Source of the DNA: an uncultured Chloroflexia bacterium
GTDB taxonomy: Bacteria > Chloroflexota > Anaerolineae > Anaerolineales > Anaerolineaceae
Assembly (NCBI GenBank): GCA_963704755.1
Contig: OY969938.1
Coordinates: 2,220,001-2,252,000 of the forward strand
DNA: 32,000 bases
Reading direction: 5' to 3'
Positions 29,494-32,000 of the stretch are shown here, in pieces. Position 1 is the first letter of the stretch, and each line of letters begins with the position of its first letter. The position numbers were made by a program, and so were the translations under genes. The notes beneath the pieces are model-generated. The model was given only the letters and a program-made list of their open reading frames with translations. It searched no databases and was not told the DNA's origin.

Positions 29494-32000
29494 TCACCTA
29501 CCGACGACAGGTAAATAGAGGTATTTGGGCACGAAGGCGATCAGGGTATACGTCACGCCTGAGCCGTACAGCCCGCTCAGGGGGGTGACCTTGAGGGTGT
29601 AGCTGGTGGCGGCGCTGGGGGTCAGCGAAATGGTCACGGCATTGCCCACGCCGGTGGCGGTCTTGTCGGCGACCAGAGTATTGGTACTGTCGTAGATCTG
29701 CACCCGCCCGGCGGCCCCGCCGCCGATGGAGTAGAGCGCAACCGTGTAGGTCTTTCCGCCTTCCAGGGTGACCCTGGCCCAATCCACGTCCGCCGCCGGG
29801 CAAAAAACGCCGCTCAATGGTTTGCCGGCGGTCATCGCGACCGCGCCGCCCTGGTCGTTGTTGGCCGGCTCATTAGCCCCGGCCGAACAGGAACTGGCCA
29901 GGGTAGTGCTCGCCTCGGCCGAGGCGGGGTAATCTTCGGCATTGCCGGCCTTATCGACGGCGCGGATACGGAAGCCATACTTATGGCCGGCCTGGCCCAG
30001 GAACCAGGCTCCGTTGGCCCCACCCGATTGGGAACTCCAGGTTTGCCAGGAGCCGTTATCCAACTGGTACTGGATATCGATGTGGTCCAGGCCCGATTGG
30101 GCGTCCGATGCGCTCCAGGTCAGGTGGACCGCCGTGCTGGCGGTGGTGGACGGCAGCGTGTTGAGCTGCGAGGCCGGCTTGATCCCATCCACGGCCAGGT
30201 TCAGGCGCATGTCGCCCCAGGTGTTACCGGCAAAGTCTGAAGCCTGCACATACAGGCCCCCGCCGGTCAGCCCGGATAGGCCGCTTGGGTCCACCGTAAT
30301 GCCCCAGCCATCGCTGGGATCGCTGTCTTCGGCCAGGTACTGCCAGGTGCCGCTGACCCAATCCGACGAATGCCAGTAGAAATCGACCCGGGCCACGCCC
30401 TGGTCGTCCGAGGCAGTTACGTCCACCTTGAACGGCTGGTTGGCGACCCAACCCTGGTTGGCCCCGCTGATGCTGACGCTGGGATGGGTGTTATCGTCCA
30501 TCAAACGCAGGGTGTAAAAATAGTCCGGTCCACCCGAACCGGGGTAATCCCAGGCCTTGACCTTGAGGTAATACGTGCCGGTATAGGGCAGCACTGCTCC
30601 CAAGAGCGGGTCCTGTTCGGTGTAGCGCACCCGGTCGTCGTTCTCGACGATCAACGAGCCGTTTTTATCCAGCAGGGTCAACACCGGGTCCATCTGCGAG
30701 CCAATGTCTTTGGCCGAAACGGCCGCGGTGATGTGCTCGCCGGCCAGGCCGGTAAATTTGTAGTAATCGATATCGCCGGCCGGGCAAATGGTCTTGCCGC
30801 TGAGAGTATTGCCCACCCCGATCGAGGTTGCCGTGGTCATGCTGTTGTCAGGCGTGGTCTCGGCGCAGGACTGGGCGCTATAGTCGCTGGTCACGTTGAA
30901 GGAATTGATCAGCCAGCCGCTGCCGGTGTTCCACGAGCTGTCCAGGGTGTTGAAATAAAAGCGGATGCGCACCGTCTTGCCCTGGTAAGCCGAAAGATCG
31001 ATCGGCGGGGAGGTGAGGTCGTAATCCTGGGGATCGTCGTAAAGCTGCCCCAGCACCGGCAGGTCCTGGAATACACCCCCACCGACCGAAATCTGCACGT
31101 GGCGCTGGTCCCACAGAGCGCCGGTCGTTTCGGTATGGTAGTTATAGCCAAAGCGCAAATATGCACTACCGCTGCCGGGGATGGCAATGGGCGGGGAGGT
31201 CAGCGAGCCGGAATTGGCCCCACTGCCGGCGTAACTGGAGCCGTCCTGGTTGCCGTAGCGCCAGCCGTTGCCCACAAAAGTCCACAAGCCGTCGTGGACC
31301 CAGTCACCCGTGTCGCTGCTAAAGTCGGCCTGGTAAGGCGCGGATTTGGCCGGTTGGGAGGATAGAGAATTGTCCTGGGCGACCGTAAAGTACACCGGCC
31401 CGGTGCCGTTGGCCCGGCCGGCGTTATTCTTGGCCCAAATGCGGATGCGGTAGCGCTGGTCGTTCAGGCTGGCCGGCAGCGAGCCGATCGAGGCCCAGGG
31501 GACCTTGAGGTTATCCAGGCTGATAATGGGGGAGATGATGGCGCCGTTGCTATCGACGGTGGAAATCTCGATCTGATAGGTCGCCCCGCCGGGTACGGCA
31601 TAGCTATGGCTGGACGAATCCTGGATGCGCGGCAGCAGGGATTGGGTAGAAAGCACGCTAGAGTTGGCCAGCGGCTCGACCAGTTGCGGGCTGCCCAGGT
31701 CGCCCGAATTCATGCTGGTCGGCTGCACTTTGATCGACGAGACCGTGTCGACCCCGATCAGGTTGTCGGCCAGGTTGGGATCGCTGGTTTCCAGGGTCTC
31801 GTTACGGCCGGAATAGTTGTTGCCCTCGAACAGCACCACCCGTGTGGACGAGCCCACCTGGACCGAGGCCACCTGGTTGCTGCCCACCGACGAGCCGGCC
31901 AAATCCAGGTTGGGGATGGTCACCTCGAACCCGCTCTGGGCGAACTCACTGCACGTGCCCTGGTAATTAGCTTCAGTATACAGAATGATTTTAGTGGACG
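29494..32000 (-). CDS. Large secreted multidomain protein, with the N-terminus beyond the right edge: beta/gamma-crystallin-like, Fn3/Ig-like, MAM/jelly-roll-like and two PPC (pre-peptidase C-terminal) type domains
   Basis: The frame stays open to position 32000; read in frame beyond the listed GVT start it gives ..TKIILYTEANYQGTCSEF... Crystallin-type repeats are present (EANYQG, EGNNYSG, SSIKV). PPC-like segments include GDIDYYKF and VDWARVTL. It ends in KYLYLPVVGR, with the stop at 29494-29496. Confidence 0.85.
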   Translation of the reverse strand, partial: STKIILYTEANYQGTCSEFAQSGFEVTIPNLDLAGSSVGSNQVASVQVGSSTRVVLFEGNNYSGRNETLETSDPNLADNLIGVDTVSSIKVQPTSMNSGDLGSPQLVEPLANSSVLSTQSLLPRIQDSSSHSYAVPGGATYQIEISTVDSNGAIISPIISLDNLKVPWASIGSLPASLNDQRYRIRIWAKNNAGRANGTGPVYFTVAQDNSLSSQPAKSAPYQADFSSDTGDWVHDGLWTFVGNGWRYGNQDGSSYAGSGANSGSLTSPPIAIPGSGSAYLRFGYNYHTETTGALWDQRHVQISVGGGVFQDLPVLGQLYDDPQDYDLTSPPIDLSAYQGKTVRIRFYFNTLDSSWNTGSGWLINSFNVTSDYSAQSCAETTPDNSMTTATSIGVGNTLSGKTICPAGDIDYYKFTGLAGEHITAAVSAKDIGSQMDPVLTLLDKNGSLIVENDDRVRYTEQDPLLGAVLPYTGTYYLKVKAWDYPGSGGPDYFYTLRLMDDNTHPSVSISGANQGWVANQPFKVDVTASDDQGVARVDFYWHSSDWVSGTWQYLAEDSDPSDGWGITVDPSGLSGLTGGGLYVQASDFAGNTWGDMRLNLAVDGIKPASQLNTLPSTTASTAVHLTWSASDAQSGLDHIDIQYQLDNGSWQTWSSQSGGANGAWFLGQAGHKYGFRIRAVDKAGNAEDYPASAEASTTLASSCSAGANEPANNDQGGAVAMTAGKPLSGVFCPAADVDWARVTLEGGKTYTVALYSIGGGAAGRVQIYDSTNTLVADKTATGVGNAVTISLTPSAATSYTLKVTPLSGLYGSGVTYTLIAFVPKYLYLPVVGR

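Overview
High-GC bacterial chromosomal segment. Gene content and repeat style resemble Chloroflexota/Anaerolineae-type genomes, but that is inference only. I support about 22 protein genes. Housekeeping and accessory genes include xpt-guaA, recO, degV, a Zn alcohol dehydrogenase, a GntR/HutC regulator, a GNAT, an OsmC protein and a small molybdopterin oxidoreductase. Other genes are an ABC-F ATPase, a GT39/ArnT-like membrane glycosyltransferase with a coupled small membrane protein and a CYTH protein, and a TasA/camelysin-like secreted protein. There is a tightly coupled GH63 hydrolase - GT20 - GT4 - HAD phosphatase operon in which the GH63 gene is frameshifted. Two very large secreted multidomain proteins are present, one with a peptidase C25 (gingipain-like) core. 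No rRNA, tRNA, CRISPR array, transposase or integrase was seen. The less ordinary content is non-coding or peripheral. (1) Several clusters of short GC-rich hairpin modules, many headed by GTAG (REP/BIME-like), include a roughly 1 kb mosaic array at 28490-29492 built from three tandem composite units, and a 216-bp tandem pair at 7880-8282. (2) A near-consensus orphan promoter, a roughly 110 nt structured RNA and an intrinsic terminator lie upstream of the TasA-like gene. (3) A 6-codon leader ORF plus a terminator sit immediately upstream of the ABC-F gene, resembling the attenuators of antibiotic-resistance ABC-F genes. (4) Both giant secreted proteins share the C-terminal tail YLPVV-x-R. (5) An AT-richer two-gene islet (DUF2293 protein plus a DUF4177-like/TPR protein) is flanked by repeats. 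(6) Unusually long perfect palindromes with 3-nt loops occur at gene ends. All family assignments come from reading motifs by eye; no database search was run.
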